Notes under the pieces: model-generated
Seen by the model: the letters and a program-made list of their open reading frames with translations, nothing else
Database searches by the model: none
Told to the model about the DNA's origin: nothing
Program-made: the position numbers and the translations under genes
Origin: Lepidodermella squamata
Lineage: Eukaryota > Animalia > Gastrotricha
NCBI GenBank assembly: GCA_047495785.1
Contig: JBLDXI010000036.1
Span: 1 to 64,000, forward strand
Reading direction: 5' to 3'
Length of the DNA: 64,000 nucleotides
Part shown: positions 60,701 through 64,000 of the stretch, piece by piece
How positions within the stretch are numbered: position 1 is the first letter of the stretch
Layout: every line of letters begins with the position of its first letter

Positions 60701-62648
60701 CACGGACACCCTTCAACCAATGTCCCACTTTCACAGAACTAAATCAATCAAATAAAATCATTGACACCGATAAATCATGACACATCTGAATTTTCGCCAA
60801 TCTTGGGGATTTGCAATTCAAAAAATAGCGCGAATTTGATATCAATGACCATCTGCAAAGCGAAATTCTATCGAAAAAGGCAGAAAGATCTAAGTTTAGC
60901 GGCATCCGAGTTTTCAAGTTTTTCGATCGCATCCCTCGAGGTAAATCAAAATCATTTAAGCACCCATATACGGGTGATATCGGTGGATATCAAAATATCG
61001 ATGGATTTTAGGCCCTGAGGCCAGAGGCCAATATCCATCGTGATATTCACCAATGATATACACCGTATGGTCATTTTTATTTCAAACCCGTACAAAGTCG
61101 CCTGCTTCGCTAGACAGTTCGCGTAGTTGCTCGTAAAGTCGGTGCTGTCAACGAAAGTTGTAACCTAAATGAAAGCAATGGCTTGAAGATAATGACAGAA
61201 TGAAGGTTTTAGCCAGAATATTTACCATTGTGAACGGAGCGGGGCACCGGCTACGGCAAATCAATTCGCTTAGAGTCGAACACAAAGCCGCTGGCTGTAA
61301 AACAACGAATCGTGAATGTAGGAAAATTGTGAAAAATTCAACTCACCCCAGCAAGGCAACGTGCTTTATCTGCAAAACTTTCTGGGCTGTAGTCCTACGA
61401 TTTTGCAATAATAAAAAATGTGTTCTGAAAATCTGCATTCATCACTCACCCTTGTCATGAGACCTGCGTCGCATTGGGTTGGCTGGCAGCCAAAAAAGAA
61501 GCGATCGTTGTTCGAAAAGCATCGGAAGTTTGTTGAAAATTCGCTTGTATTCCGAACGACTGAAAACCAACAAGTGAAGCGATCTTTTAAAATAAACAGC
61601 ATTCACGCTAACTATTAGCCGAATTCATACAAGCCTGGGTGCCCACTTCCCAGTGTGACACCAAGGTCTAAAAAAAGAAAGAGTATTAGAAATCTGTACT
61701 ACAGAATAATAAATTTTACCCAGTTGTTGGGGCAGTTGCCAATTAATGGGATGCAGATGGACTGTCCGTTGTTGTTGCATTGTGTGGCAGGGAAGGTCTG
61801 CGAACAAAAATCAACATTAAAATGTAAAATATCAGTTGCTTTCAGAAGACAAACCAGGAATTTCGTAATTTCCCCGCGACAGGTTTTGTACATCAAGCCA
61901 AACACGGTGCCGACGTATCTTTTGATCTAAATGGTGAAAAGGAATACAGTGGAACTTGGTTATTGGTTATCGATTATCGCTTATTGATTTCTTTGATTCG
62001 GGTGATGATTCGCCAATTTCATGGTGATTTTATTGTAGTTCACCTCATGAAAAAAAACAACCCATAACAAAAATAGAAATATTATCGATTATCGATTATC
62101 GAAAATAAAAATCATCTGATCGGCACTAACATTATATTTATGGAAAGTACTGACCACGGATGTCTCAAAAATAAAAAAAATTTCATCCCGGTTTTTTCGT
62201 GTGAATTCGAGTGACCCTCTCAATTTTCCCGCCAAATTTAAAATGCGAAATTTAATAATAATTCGATTTGATAATGAAACCTCGATTTCATCAGCTGAGC
62301 AGCTCGTCTTGCCAGGCAAACATCGCATGTTGATTGTTTTGTAATTGAAACAGCTTCGAGCCCACTACAAACAATTATTAATAATAATCTGAGATAGAAA
62401 GAATCAAATGAAACTAACTCCAGTTTTGCACGCTGACAAAGTCGCATAGGTTCCTCCGAGCTGGGAGGAAAAAATTATTAGGAAAAATGGGGTCAAATTT
62501 GGGGTACCTGATACTCCTGAAGAATCGAACACTGTGTTTTGCAGCCATTGAACGCATCGTTCGTCCTCGAGAAGCATCGCACATACGTAGAAGCATCGGC
62601 TGCTTGAATCAGTGCAACGATAACGCAAATAAACGCCAATGGTATCAT
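57705..62648 (-). CDS. Gene F: 6 modules, CTLD1, 3 modules, CTLD2 (modules 6-7 absent)
   Basis: MIPLAFICVIVALIQAADASTYVRC...; exon 10 (ends ~61089, phase 2) joins the CTLD1 exon (~60132, phase 2) in frame; last exon 58230-57705. Confidence 0.85.
58802..58938. mobile_element. hAT MITE in last intron of gene F
   Basis: Reverse-oriented relative of 48547-48700; perfect TSD GGACCAAT. Confidence 0.88.
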
Positions 62649-63397
62649 CGCGGGGAAATCGTGATTTTAAAATGAATAAAGAAATAAATAACACATTGAA
62701 ATGAATGAAATAAAACGCTCATTCAATTTCCGCTGCGAATTTAGGTCGCGTGTTCACGGGTTGTTTATTTCGATAAACGCCAACCCGTGGCGACTTGCCC
62801 TGAATAAAGTGTCCGTTTTTTTAGTCACGGACTATGCTGTTATATTCAGGTGATGAGATAAATGTTGTGATCTCGATTAACAATGTAGAATATAGAGCCA
62901 TTTTCTAGATAATAATGCTTGAACCTGCTTCGATTTATTCAAAATAACTTCTTTTTGATATTAGACCAGCGGTTCCCAAACTTTTTGTCTCGTAGGACAC
63001 AGCAGTGTCCTATAAGAATAGCTCGTAGGACACCTTGATAAAATAAAGCAATTTGATTGGGAATGGATAACAAATGTTGAGTTACAAATTGATTGCTTGT
63101 GTAAATTGGTTTTTGATGGCAAGGGAGCTCAATATTTATAAAATCGCTAAAATAAATTGCGTAGACCTAATCCTGTAAATCGTAGCCAAACTGTAAAGTG
63201 TCACCTGTGCACGCACTATGTAAACAAATCGCGTAAAGTGTAAACATAAATGTGAAGCTGTAGCCAGATGTAGTAAATTGCAAGCTGAAACAATTAAATT
63301 GCCACTCTATCCAATTTTATTATTAAGAACGAGAAATTGACGAATTTTGACGACTTAATGTCCTCGCAATTAAATGAAGTCACAAATCAGACATAAA

Positions 63398-63965
63398 TTA
63401 GGCATTTCTACCCCCTCTTCCGCGCCTTCCGCCGCGGACACCACGACTTCCACGACCACCACCACGAGTACCACCACGAGCCCCACGACCGCCGATGGCC
63501 AAGCTGGTACTCTCCGGACTAGGAACAACTGAAGCAAGCCTGCCACCACGGCCACCACGGCTACCACGGCCACCACGGCTACCACGGCCACCACGGCCAC
63601 CACGGCCTCGCTTGACCGGAGCTGTAGCCCCGCTGCCTTCTTCATTTCGTTCTTCATCTTCATCAACCTCGTTTGGCTTGGCACGAGTTGGCTTTTTCGA
63701 CCGCTTGGACTGCGGCTCTTCAACAGTCACGACTTGATCGGTCTCCTGGGCCTCGTTCGGTTGCGTTTCTAGGGCGAATTGCGTCTCCTTGGGACGGCCT
63801 CGACGCCGCAATTTTTCTACCTTTTGCTTTAACCTGGCGGTGTTGGGCGGAACAAATTTCTTCGGCAAATCGCGAATCGCCACTCCAAGGGAGTGCACAC
63901 AAATGTGCTGTTTTGCGAAGGTTACGCACGAACAGGAAAATCGCTCACCATTGCGCGTAACACAG
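63398..63965 (-). mobile_element. 3' exon of a MULE/Mutator-like transposase (SWIM finger, AT-hook, RGG tail)
   Basis: CSCVTFAKQHICVHSLGVAIR (SWIM CxCxnCxH), RRRGRPK, 18-bp repeats encoding (GGRGGRGSR)n at ~63544-63607; the gene continues beyond the window. Confidence 0.7.
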
Positions 63966-64000
63966 CTGTAATTAAGGAAATAATTACACAATCATAGCAA

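Overview
Eukaryotic (invertebrate-animal-like) genomic DNA: AT-rich, many ~50-60 bp GT-AG introns, dense transposon relics, so the single-exon ORF track is mostly noise. The dominant feature (19.3-62.9 kb) is a tandem cluster of six multi-exon paralogues (A-F) plus two relics. They encode secreted proteins made of a signal peptide, strings of a ~40-50 aa four-cysteine module I do not recognise (most modules encoded by a pair of micro-exons) and one or two atypical C-type lectin domains (CTLDs) with highly divergent loops. The paralogues differ in module number, look mosaic, include apparent loss-of-function copies, and share a promoter element (inverted TCGCGTG sites around a Forkhead-type RTAAACA). 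Also present: a divergent class C (GABA-B-like) GPCR, a Cys-loop ion-channel pseudogene forming an apparently exact 773-bp inverted duplication, a two-finger C2H2 gene, a CACTA/EnSpm-like element carrying a split BEN-domain gene, Ginger2-type integrase relics, CR1-type LINEs, tRNA-derived SINEs, many hAT/CACTA/piggyBac/mariner-type MITEs with target-site duplications (TSDs), and the 3' exon of a MULE/SWIM transposase. Exon structures were read by eye from splice signals and paralogue comparison; family names come from remembered motifs, not database searches.
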